From assembly GCF_009914755.1 (NCBI RefSeq), contig NC_060928.1: a stretch of 64,000 nucleotides of DNA; one strand, written 5' to 3'. The first letter of the stretch is position 1; the number at the start of each line of letters is the position of its first letter. A program made the position numbers and the translations under genes. Positions 25,306-37,890 of this stretch are shown one piece after another. Below the pieces are notes generated by a model that saw only the letters and a list, made by a program, of their open reading frames with translations, ran no database searches and was not told the DNA's origin. The DNA is from the human T2T-CHM13v2.0 reference genome, Homo sapiens.

Positions 25306-28037
25306 GGACTGTGATGACGTCTAAGAGCTCATGCTCCATCAGAAAGAGGCAGTTGCCACTCAGCTTTGCTTTTTCCCACATAAATGTGTACGCAGTATTG
25401 CTTCATTTTCTGATCTTCAAAGAGAGGCTGAAAATTCTGATTCTTAGTGAAACCAGTGATTTTTAAATATTGGCAACTGATTAACATTTTAGGAAATAAT
25501 ATCGTGCTGGTCAAAGAACACATACCTCTGTGTTACCAGTGAGAGATCTGCAGCATGGGTTATGAGAACCAACTCTAATAGGACATAGAGATGAAATAGA
25601 CAGAGCATGTTTTTCTCCTTTTCCCTCATTTGTAAGACAAAACTGAATACATTAAATTGTAGTAGTGATGTCAGTAATAGAATTTTTATAAAATTTGATC
25701 TATATCCAAGTTGGGCAGCTATTCTTCATCTAAATGACAGCGTAAGGATAACTAAAACAGATCGTTCAAGAAAAAAAATGGAGAAGATGGCACTGGGGAA
25801 ACACCCTACGGCCAGCTTGAAGAAGTTAATACAGGCAACCACATGTTAAGAAAATAGAAGAAAGCTGTGATTTTGAGAGGGCGGTAAGAACAAAACTGTC
25901 TTCCGTCTGTCAGAATGTATAGAGACTTTCTTGTGTTGTGCAGATAATTTTTAAACTTTTTTTGATGGACATTCTCATTGAGATGGGGACATTGCAATAT
26001 TGCCTATGTGTATTAGTTTATTGCCTTTTTTGAATTGAATTGTAATTCTTTGCAACCTCATAAGACTTGGCTTTACAATGCTGCATCTGACTGTAGAGAA
26101 GAAGTCTGTTCAGATCTGTTTTGATCCCTCCTAGATGGATGAACTTCTTTATGAGTAGGTTTTGGGAAAGTAGAGCACTCTATTATGTAACATACATAGT
26201 TAATTGGTATTTTTCTCCTATGTGATATATGACCTGGGAAAGGCCTTGCTGGTGGAATTAGCTATTTTCTGTGTTCTAAAGATTTCAAGAGGAACGTAAA
26301 TACTTTCAGTGCTTCAGGATGTTAAGTAGTCCACTAAAATAACCATTTGCTGGATGTGACTCCTAAGAGCTGACTTTCAAATTTATGGGGAAATTTTCCA
26401 GATGTAATTTGATTATTTTATTAATAGATTTTTTAACCTCCATTGATAATTTCACTGAAACTGTGGATGGATTGTTTGAAAATACTGAAGAACATGTTTT
26501 TCACTCTCTTCCAAAGCTTTTTTCCTTTAAGAAACATATTGGCAATATCTTTCTCCTAGAATACAATTTTGATACATCTAGAAATTACAGTAAGTGGCAA
26601 AAACACTGAAAAAGAGGCATAGAAAATTAATGACTATGAATTTAAATTTGTTGAACCAAAACTTAACAAATATTAATAGTTTTATATATTTTAAGGACTA
26701 GGGAGTAAGGTGATTTAATGTGGAATTTAAGGTGGAAGATAATCTCTTGATTGAAAGGGTATGTACTTTACCGCACAAAATTTTTGATTTTCTGGCAGGA
26801 GAAGTCTTCTTGACCTGGGACCAGGATAAGGAAATATTTTGTAAATTTGGTGCTAAGGCCCAGGTCATTTTACAGGTCTATGGCAGAAGTTGATTCATTC
26901 CTTGCAAATATTTATGGAGTGTCTACTATGTGTTTGACACTGTTTTAAGTGCTGGAGATAAAGATAGATGAGCAAAATAGACAGGAATTCCAATTTTGAA
27001 TCCCAGTTATAGTGTAGGGTATTGATGAAAACAGTCTTTTTCAGTCACCCCCAAGAGATACCAGTAGTGGGGTGTAGTGGGCTTATTTAGGGGATGAAGT
27101 CCTCTGGCTTCACTTGCTTTTCTAAACAGTAGACCAAGACTAAGCAGAAAAGCATTGGCAGAGCCTGAAATAATCTGCAGTTATGTCACATGCCTTCATA
27201 AATGTGGCAGTGGGTTATTCACAAAAGCACAGGCAGCTCAAATGAGTCAACTGAGAACAGTGTCCTTGCTTTTAAAGGCAGACAGCTCAGAGATGGTTCA
27301 CATAGGGCCTTTATTGTCAGGCTACAAATAGACATGGGTGCTGGGTAGAAACGTGTTGTGAAAACACAGATGAGTCACTGCATGGCTGTTGTCTAAGCAA
27401 ACTCTTCTGCCAGCTTCTGTTCAGAAGGTCTTGCCTGTTTGAAGCATTTATGTTAGAGCATATATATACACATATATAATTAGAAGCAGATTATTTTGGG
27501 AGCTATGTAGATTATTTCCCATGAAATTATGTTCAAAATAGAACAGTTGAGGCTACAGTGACTCTAAGTACAATCATACAGTTATAATGCTGACATAGAT
27601 GATTGCATGAATTCACTAGCTTGGCGTACACATTTTGCCCATTAGGCTGCTCTGAGAGAACTCTGGGACTTACAGAATGGGTATTCACAAATTTCTTGTT
27701 AAATGTCAGCAGTAAACTTTAGCTACGGCTTCTTTGAGTAACTGAACCACTCAGCCAAGAGTTGACATTACATTCATCTGAGATGCAACCCTGGCTTGTG
27801 ACTGTTTCCTTTTTTTATGGTACAGCAATGGAGGACTAGAACATAAGCTTTCCGAAGTCTGAGAATTATGTGACATTCTTATTTTCCTTTTCTTATAGTA
27901 AGTTCCACATTAATACTCTGGTCTCCTTGCCATATTGTCAGGTAAACAAAGGCTTTTCATCCTTACCATCCTAAATAACGTGTCCCCTTCATAACTAAAC
28001 TCTCTGTAACCATGCATGCCAACTCACTACATTATTG

Positions 28038-28365
28038 CAGTCATTCCTCGATATCAGCAGAGGATTGGTTCCAGGACCCCCTTTCCTCCCATGGATACCA
28101 AAATTCATCGATGTGCAAATCTCTTTTACAAAATGGAGTACTATTTATGTAGTACCTTTGCACATCCATATACTTTAAATTATCTCTAGGTTACTTATAA
28201 TGCCTAATACAATGCAAATACTATGAAATACGTTATACTATATTTTAAATTTTGTATTAGCATTTATTGTTATATTGTTATGTTTTATTTTTATTTTTTC
28301 CTATTTTTGATCTGCAGTTGGTTGAATCCACTGATGTGGAACCCATTCATATGGATGGGCCAATT
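28038..28365 (+). mobile_element. MER2-family Tigger DNA transposon remnant
   Basis: Contains 'cagtcattcctcgatatc...gattggttccaggacccc...ggataccaaaat...gttggttgaatccactgatgtggaaccca'. Confidence 0.85.
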
Positions 28366-29569
28366 CATTTATATTCTTGGTTGCCAAACAAGTATACTGC
28401 TTAATTCATGTAGCTACTTCTAATTAAATTGTTAAATGTCAGCATATAAATATATTTCAGTAGAATTTATTACTACTATTGGTTGTTCATTCAAAGTACT
28501 GTCTGAATGGAACCTATGCAAATTAAATCAACACATATTTATGGATTACTTAGTCTATGGGCAAGATACTTATATAAGGAATAATTTTTGATACCTTGTG
28601 AAAAGTCTTATATTATTTAAAAAATTGTTCCTTTTAGTGTTATGAGATACAGAAAAGTATTTTAATTTAAATCTACATTGTTGATTGTGAATGAATAAGC
28701 ACAGTCTAGAGTGAAGACTGAGTGAAGAAAGTAATTTTAATTTTTTTCCAGGAGTAAATATAATCCTATTTTCACAAACCTTTTAGCAAAAGAATACAGT
28801 AAGATTTTTAGATTCTGTGAATTTTGTGATATTTATGGAGCTTAACAGAGCACATTTTAAGGGAACTTGTCTCATAATAAGGAACATTTATAGTTGCCAT
28901 CTCCAAATTTGAGACTTTATTTTAACATAAAGCTGTGCTGAGAATATTTAATCAATCTGCTTAAGTTGGAACTATATCATTTCTTATTTACATGTGATGT
29001 TCCTTGATAAGATAGACAAATCTTTACAAAGCCTATTATGTGTAATTTATAACAGCAAGATTAAAGCAAATTGGTAATTGCTTTACTATATTGAGAATTG
29101 TACAAGAATTTCAATTTAGCTGAGTGTTGTACTTTGGCACCAAAATGCATTTCCTCCTTGAAGTGAAAATATAAGGTGACGTTAATCTACACTATCAACA
29201 TATTCCAGTTTCAAAGTTAGGTAGAGATTGTCTGTTGGAATGACACAATTTTGGTAGGTAAAAATAAATAGACATATTTAGTGACAAAATAAGGATTCTG
29301 CATTACCTGGTTGCCTTTAAAACTTATTAGCTATTTCTTCTTTAAAGAAGCTTTAAATAATGTGCTTTGCTTCATGGGCAAGTTGTGAATTAAATCCTGT
29401 TTGATTGAGGTTAAGTAATGTGTATTTGGTGGGTTTTTTTATTTGAAAGACCTTTGTCACCCTATTTCCTTGATGATCAGAAAATGATAGTGATTTAGGC
29501 AGGGATGTGGGGAGTCTCAACTGATGCTAAATTCTAATTCTTATTTTGTGTTTGACTTGCAACTGTTTT

Positions 29570-30600
29570 GAGAATAAGATATAATTATGTATTGTAGAAA
29601 ATTCCAAAAATCCAAAAAAATTACGTAGAAGGTAATTTTGCCCTTAAACCCATCAACCAGAATTGATCATTATTAACATTGTCATGAACACTTTCCCATA
29701 CATCTTAAAATTCATGTGTATACAGATAGATTGACATAAAGGATGCTGTTACATAACTTTAGTATTTCATGGATGTCTTTCCACTTCAGTATGAATATTT
29801 AACATCATTTTTAATGACCACATATATTTATGCACATGATGCATGTGCTATTACTATAACAGAGCCCCTCTTAGTGGACTTTTAGTTTTTCCCAGTTTTT
29901 TATAAACAAAAAAATGTAGGTGATTAACTACATGTTTATTATCTGTGATTACCTTCCTAGGGCAAATTTCTAGCAGAATGATAGCAGGATGTGCTCATTT
30001 TATTTTTTGATATTTGTTTCAAATACACTACACAAGGCTATACCAGTTCATATGTCTACCAATAACGGACAAGGATGTCCACTTGCTTATACCCTTGTAA
30101 AAACAGAATTTTGTCCCATATTCTCATTTTTTGTCGTTCTGTGGGTTGAAAAATAATGGTTCATTTTTGTTTAATTCTAATTTCTTTGATTACTTAGTGA
30201 GGGTGAATCTCCTTTTACATTTTTATTGATTGTCTATACTTCTTTATACTTGTATCATTGGTATATTTTCCTTTTGGGGCATTAGGGTTTTTTTCATTGC
30301 CTTATGAGAACTCTTTGTATAATAAGGATATTTTCTCTTTGCTTGTGAGAAATATTACAAAACATATTTTTCTTAGGGTTACCATATGTCTTTTAACCTT
30401 ATTTATGATTTCTTTTGCTGTATAGATCTTAATTTTTGTGTAGCCAAAATCGTCAATTTTTTAATAGTTTCTTCTTTTCATGATATATTTAGAGAGGTTT
30501 TCCCTACCCCAAGATAAAGGAAATATTTACCCACATATTTTAGTTCTTTTCTGTTTTCGTTTAAATTTTTTATCCATCTGGAATTGGTTTTTGTGTAAGG
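29570..30600 (-). mobile_element. Old L1M (L1ME-like) fragment
   Basis: Degenerate antisense L1 3' region, e.g. 'tttctttgattacttagtgagggtgaatc...tttttatccatctggaattggtttttgtgtaagg'. Confidence 0.7.
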
Positions 30601-31039
30601 TTATACTGGCCTAATGTTTCCGATGATCCAGATACGTATTCACAGCTCTTCAAACAAAAAAAATATTAGAAAGCCCTCCATGTCTTGCTCATCCAGCCTA
30701 TTAGACTTGGAACTCTTGGTAAGATTTTTGGCTCAAACTTTTCTTCAAGCAGGGAGATAATTCGTCTTTCAAGTCTTGCCTCTTTTTCATTTCCTGCTGG
30801 GCATTGTAAACAGAAATCCTTGCTTATGACGACAAAGTACTTTAGGCAGAGCGGGTGGCAATAAGGATTTGGCAGCTGTGATCTGTCAGGACAGAAATCA
30901 CTGATTTATTGGCTGTAGCTACACAGGGGAAATAAAAAAATGAGGGTTGTATATCCAGTCTCCTTCCCCAATGTAGATGAATGGTCTGTGTGACCAATCG
31001 TTACTGATATTCTGAAGGAGAAGGGGAGGTACATCTCAC

Positions 31040-31195
31040 ATTTGGGGCACATGGGAATCACTTGGGGGACTTAAAAACATACTGAATCCCTAGGCATTGT
31101 CTTCATTGGTTCTGATTTAATTGTTTAGGGTGGAAATAAAGAATCAGTATTTTTTTTATTAAAAAATCTTCTGAGATGACTCTCATGTGACCCAA
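31040..31195. mobile_element. MER5-family hAT remnant
   Basis: Contains 'gaatcacttgggggacttaaaaacatactga...ttctgatttaattg...gagatgactctcatgtg'. Confidence 0.65.
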
Positions 31196-32692
31196 ATTTG
31201 CTTTAGATACTTGAATCATTTCTCCACTTATTTTTGATCGTGTGGTTTGTCTTATGCTGGTGACCTGACATCAAAATTCATATAGGTTAATTCTGCTCTG
31301 ACTGCTTATTTCCAGTGACATTGGGCTACCTCATAATTCTTGACTAAACTTTAGTTTCAAAGGCTTATCTAGCAAAATTTAATTTTATTATTTATTATTC
31401 AATATGCTGCAGAGTTCCTTATGAACACCACCAAAAAGACTGGTGTTTCTTTTTGCTGTTATAAACAAACAAAATTCTAAAGCCTGAAACACGACAGTAA
31501 TGTTGGTAAATGCTTTATCATTTGATGCCACCTTTATCTTCCATACTTTAGTGGGTGGAAAATTGTCAAAAAAAATAGAAAATTTTTTGTTTTCCTAGGC
31601 TGTTCTGTCACTTTTCTCCTTAGCCTTTTTTCCCCTTCTGTTATTGTCACTCAGCCTCCCTAAACAGGTTTATAATTATTAATCCAAATAATAAAGTCCT
31701 TAATAAAAAGGACATAAAACAACAAAAGTCACTTTTTAGTGTTATACGAAGAAACCAAATTGCGATAAATCCAAGTTGACAGCATAGATTTTTAATATTT
31801 GATGTTTCATCATCTTGAATGTGCTTGCGTTGCCTTAGCCATGACAGGTATTGGTGGCCTTGGCAGCCCTTGCCCCAAGTTGCTGAAAGACATAAAATGC
31901 TGATATTACAAATTGTGGTTGGCTTTTAATTTTTTTTAGAATCTTGCTCCTATGGTCTGATTTCTTTTAGTAAAAAATATGTTTTACTATTCTGGGACTT
32001 GTCCTAATTTCTTGACTTTAAAAAAACATGGGCCAAACACGGGCCATCCTTGGTTTAATTGTATACCCTAATACAAGCTGAAAAATATTCACAAATGTTT
32101 TTGGATATCGATTTTGACTTCACTGCTGTAAAGTAAAGCAAGCTATTTTGTTTATTATCATTGACTTGCACGTGATGCAAAGGAATGGAAAGAAGCGTCT
32201 CTTAATGGCCGTAGTGTTGCCGCCTAAGACTTTTCTGTTGATTTAAAATTTACTCTGGGAAATACTGTAGACCTAAAGAGGCTTTTTTTTACCTGTTTCT
32301 TCTGAAGACTAATTTTTATCTTTTCACATCATTTCTTTTGAATTTCTTTTTCTCTCCTTCGTCTCTTAAAGGAAAGAGAAATAATAGAGAGAGGCTGAAA
32401 AGAAGGTGGTGAAAAGCAGCCAAGGAAAAGAAATCAACATTAGATTGTATCTCTGCTTTATATGAGACTCTGTTCTTAGCTCTTTACATATTATTCTTTC
32501 ATTTTATCCAAATAATTATCCCGTGAAGTAGCTATTGATTTTACAGAAGAGAAGTAGGATTTAGAAAGGTTACCCAGTTGGTCACTGGTAGAACTGAGAT
32601 TTAAATTCAGATGTCCCTGACTCCAAGACATGCTCTTTGTGCTGAGCCACCTGGAAGAGACCTTAGAGATTATCCAGTCCAACCTCCTCATC

Positions 32693-32985
<293 letters not shown>

Positions 32986-35747
32986 GTCATCTAATATTTA
33001 AATAAGTACAGTACACATATGGTTGCCATGTATTGAAAAGGTTTTTATCAGTCAGAGACTATGCTAAGCACCTTACATACATTATCTATCTAATGTGCAT
33101 ACTAACTCCAGGAAGCATAGGTAGGTTAAATAACTTGCTTAAAGTCATTGATCCAGGAAATAATATGGTATAGATGTCTATCTGGGATTGTCTAACTCCA
33201 GAGTCCGGTGCTCCACTACAGTGTCTCAATTTTTCCTCTCCATAAAAATACTGAAATTTACTGAGGTGAAGTGACATTTCTAAGACCATCAGCTCTCTTT
33301 GGCAGAACGGAGCCCAGACTCCAGATTTCTGACTGCCAGTTGTTTGCTCTTTCTACTGTTCCACAGTGGTGTCACATCAGAAGTGGAATAAAATGAAAGC
33401 CCAACCAAAATGGACTAGAGCACTTTGTGGCATCCTATTGCTCCACACCTCAGAGCTTAGCTGTCTGCAGCCTCATAAATTGCTAGGGAATATGTTCCTC
33501 TGAGAAATCAGGTGTAGAAATGCCTTTATGAGTTATGGCTTTTAAAAATACACATATCCACACATTGTTTTCCTTTTTGTATGAGTGAACACTGAATATA
33601 ATAAATCAGAAAAGAGGTTTCTGATAGTTCACCTTATAAATTGCTTTAAACTTTACAGTTAAACTACAGTTATTCATTACATGTTATTTTTTAAATTTCT
33701 GTATTGTGAAGAGGAAGATGTCAAATAGTTCTTTTCTCAGAAATACTGGAAACATCTCTAAGTTTAAGCAAGTTTCCAGTGCAGTGTGTATAATAAATCA
33801 CCTGTCTGTGTTTCAAGATTGTCAGCAACAGAATGAAAACTGTAGCACTTACCAAAGGATCAAGTACTGAAATAAAAATATGCCTTTTAACAGTCATATG
33901 GCTTCCATAAATCAAAGTGGTTTTCTGGAAGAAATTGGTTGTTATCTTTACCGAATGAGCAACAATGCCTGTTGACCTTTGATAAGTGGAACCTAGAGTG
34001 TCATTTGGGTCTTGCTTCTTGGTTCCTTTAACATTTGCTGAGTGTCTACAGACCACATGTAGAGATGGTGGATAGCATGATGAGAGAAAGAGAAACATGG
34101 ATGATGCCAGAAGACCCTGTTCTTATCCTCCCCAAGATTAATAGCTATGTCAAATCAAGTAGAGAATGCAAAAATCTCTTCTTTTGTATTGCTCTTTTCC
34201 CCTTTATATTCTCCCTTACACTCAGTCAGTGCTGTTTTGATCCATAGTAGTGATAAGAAATATCACTCTTTGCTTAATAAAGAATGTTGTAGTATATCTG
34301 CCTATCACATGCACCCAGAGTGTAGCTTGTCCTGCCACAGGAAGCATTCAAGCTTCTACCTTTCATCTTATGCATACACTGGTGTAAGTTGTAAAAAAGA
34401 AAGATAAATTATAAAGACATAGAAAGCCCACTGTCTATGCACAAGGGTTGAAATCCTAGTCTGTGGTACACCTTTTATCCTTACCAGGGGTGAAGTCTGG
34501 TTGGGCAAGTACATACACTAAAGACCCAAAGACTTGTTGTGTCACATTGAATGTGAATTTGTTCATATCACTTAACTCCCTTGAATCTCAATGTCTAAAT
34601 GTTTCAGAAATCAAGGCAAATGCTATTTGTTGGCCTAGGATAACCTTTTTCTGTCTTCTCTGCATAAATACATCTTGGTTCTGCTGCCCTTCCTTGTTAT
34701 TCTGGTTTCTGTCCCTGTGAGGAAGAATGAGCAAGATAGTCTCTCTACGGAATGGCTATAAATAATGAGATGGTACCCTTCAGCCATGTGCTGGACCTAC
34801 ATCCATGTAAATGGAAGTCCTTATGAGACCTTCCTGCCAGGCTTCAAACCTAGATTTGTGTATGAACTGGAGTTGTTCTGGATTGTTTCAGAGTGTGTGT
34901 ATTTGCCATGAGAGAAGCCAATCTTACTATTTAATTGTCAAGTCTTGTTTTTTATCCACCGTCATCCCAACTACATTATTATCTAGTGCTGCTCTAAAGG
35001 ATTTTTGTTTGTTTTCTGAATTGAATTCCACCCTTAAAATAGGAGGATGTGCTATTGCTAATGTCAATCTATGGAGAATGTTGCTGTCTCTGAAGTAGTG
35101 TTGTAAGAAATATTTTGAGTAATTATTGTAATAATGGTCTCCTAAGCTTTTGAGTGGCACTTACTGTGTAAGTTTTGTAAGTTGATTTAAAAAACAATTT
35201 CTTCATAATCATTTTATGTATATTGTATTTTCTTTAAAAATGATAAGTGAATGAGAAGTTGCTGGAGAACTTTTGGGACAGTGGTAAGAGGTGGCCTAGT
35301 GAGGCTGACAGATGGATAGGTTAACTCGGAGGTTGAGGGTCACAGGAAATGACTGAGGGACACTGCAGATTCCCCAGAAATCCACTCTGCTCCAGTCAAG
35401 GGGTCATTTCAATTAAAAGGCTTATTTTATGTGGCATAAATCATACTTCTAACAACATGTAATTTATTGTTTAATTGAAGAGAGAACTCTTCCTATACCA
35501 AGAGATCACATGATTTTGCTCCACTGTTTTATCTACCACTGCATATATTATTGTGTCCTTTAAAGCTATAGAATTTCTTTACTCATTTGAAAATGTTTTA
35601 TTTTAAAAGTTTTAATGTTCAGATTTATAGCTTCATGTATGAATAAAGGGTTTCTGTCATCTTTTTATGTTTAAAAATCATGTCTTCATAAAATATTATT
35701 TTATGTCTACAAAAGAACCTTCCTACAAATACACATGTGCTTGTCTA

Positions 35748-35833
35748 TAGGTTGGTGCAAAAGTAATCGCGGTTTTTGCCATTACCCTAATTATTTTAAT
35801 GGCAAAAACCACGATAACTTTTGCACCAACCTA
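35748..35833. mobile_element. MADE1 (Hsmar1 mariner MITE)
   Basis: 37-bp inverted arms taggttggtgcaaaagtaatcgcggtttttgccatta (35748-35784) and taatggcaaaaaccacgataacttttgcaccaaccta (35797-35833), with 2 mismatches. Confidence 0.95.
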
Positions 35834-36720
35834 ACTACTAACTAAACTAATAACTAAAGTTTGAAATAATGAAAAAATAGGAAACAGCCTAGTTTGTCAT
35901 CCTTGAAAGCATTGGTCCTGAGTGACGTGATTAGGAAAGTTAGGATCGTTTTGTAAGTCAGTGATCCTCGTTGACACGTCACCTTTGTTTTTATTATTCT
36001 AAAGGAAAATGATGGGTTGATTTCCAGAGATGTAACTAAAAGGAAATGTGGCCATAAAAGACTACTTATTTATGTTCCAGCACATATATTTTCTCTAGAA
36101 ATAGTTAATTGAAGCTCTTCTATAAGTTTACATTGGACAATGAAAATGTAATGAGAATGTCTTTTGAAATTGGTGTCTTAGAAATTGCAGAATGGAGGAC
36201 AAATCACTTTTTTGGTCCCCTTTGTGCCCCTCTCTATTTCAAAGGTGTTTCTCTAGGAAAAAAATAGCTTTTGTACATAAAAGAGAGCTACTGATAAGTG
36301 CCTACTATGTGCAAGGCGAAATCAGGCTAAACACTGAAAGGAACCACAAAGAGGAAATTGCCACCAAAAGTACCAAGTCACTTCTAACCATTTGATTCTG
36401 ACGTGTAGAAGCTTCAGTTAGTATTTTAGTAAGGATCGGAGCCACCTTTTGCCTTCTACACACCAGCCATCATAGTAATTATAGTGCTTTAGAGCAGGTC
36501 GACCCTTGGAGTAGGGAACCATGACTAAATTGTAGGTGAAATAAATGTGAAATAAGTGGTGGCAATATGCATATGGGTAAAAGACTTTGTTCTTCATTCT
36601 TGATATGTTTGCTAAGACCCTCCTAATAGTATATTCACGTGGCTTTATTTGCCTAGTGACATCACAAATGAGAAGAAAAAAGATGTGTTTCATTTAACAT
36701 CTATATTTTCTTTATTTTAG

Positions 36721-36854
36721 GGCGTGTTGGAGAGTTTCCTGGGCACTGCTGTCTCTGGAGCCATCTTTTGCCTTTTTGCTGGTCAACCACTCACTATTCT
36801 GAGCAGCACCGGACCTGTCCTAGTTTTTGAGAGGCTTCTATTTAATTTCAGCAA
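36721..36854 (+). CDS. SLC4A4: SLC4A4 coding exon (134 nt), TM2-TM3 with the ion-binding SSTGP motif
   Basis: Boundaries tttattttag|GGC ... AGC AA|gtatgt. Encodes [44 protein letters not shown](K), including T485 and G486. Not in the ORF track. Confidence 0.97.
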
Positions 36855-37054
36855 GTATGTACATACATATTTAATTGCAAATTAGAATTGCTTAATTGTA
36901 GAACCTTTATAGGCTAGATAGAGCATAGAATAGTGATTAGGCAGATCCAAGAATCACTCAGAATACTGGAATGTTCAGATGTGAGAGGTGAAAGGGCCTT
37001 AGCAATTAGGTAGTCACCACTTGTTTCAGATGTGATTCGATTGAGGCTCTTATG

Positions 37055-37205
37055 TTGTGTGTATCCTTGCTCCCTTCCCACTTACTCTCTTTCCCATTGT
37101 CCTGCCCTGTGCTCTAGGGGCTGATGCCTGTGGACAGCAACACCCATGCCCCTTTGCCTTCTGGCTTCCTCTTGGGTTTGGCTAATGGGGAGTACCAACA
37201 AGACG

Positions 37206-37260
<55 letters not shown>

Positions 37261-37480
37261 CTGAGTATGTCTGCCTTTCCCCAGCTCACCGTCTTTGTTT
37301 TAGCACAGCATTCTGGCAGTGCTTATCCCCGAGGACTTTAGCCCCTGTCAAGTGGCTCATCCACCTTGACTCTAGCCCTCACCAGGCTCTGGTAGCTCTA
37401 TTCCTTCCTTGGCCTTTTCAAGCCTGAAGTTAGTAGTGGCTTCCTGCTGTTGATGGTCCCTGAGTGCCTTGCCATTTGTT
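37055..37480 (-). mobile_element. ERVL LTR remnant (LTR33-like)
   Basis: Contains 'ccctttgccttctggcttcctcttgggtttggctaatgggg...gtagtggcttcctgctgttg...ccctgagtgcct'. Confidence 0.65.
37209..37258. repeat. (AG)25 microsatellite
   Basis: Directly visible in the sequence. Confidence 0.98.
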
Positions 37481-37669
37481 ATTACTTCAGAATGCCTTCT
37501 ATTTCCTGCCATAATCCTGACTGACATGCTAGAGAAATTAAATTGATTAAGTTCACATCATTCAATAATGAAAGAGACTGGATGCTCTTTACTTAGTCCA
37601 CTGCTCCTCACCCCAGTTTCATGTTCTTAACTAAAGATAGCTTCCAAAACTCAGCTGAATAAATACCTA

Positions 37670-37890
37670 ACATTTATTGAGAGTTGATCATGTACCAAGT
37701 ATTATCCTAGGCACTTTACATGTACTAACTCATTTAATTCTTACAGCAATCCTGTGAGGTAGGGACCACATCCTGATTTATAGATGAAATAACAAGCACA
37801 GGAACAATAAGTAAATTGCCTAATATTATATCACAAGTCATCGGTGGGGCTGGGATATGAATTCCTGCTTTCTGACTCCAGAGTCCAAGT
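37670..37890 (-). mobile_element. MIR
   Basis: Contains 'catttattgagag...ggcactttacatgtactaactcatttaattcttacagcaatcctgtgaggtagg...tctgactccagagtcc'. Confidence 0.8.
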
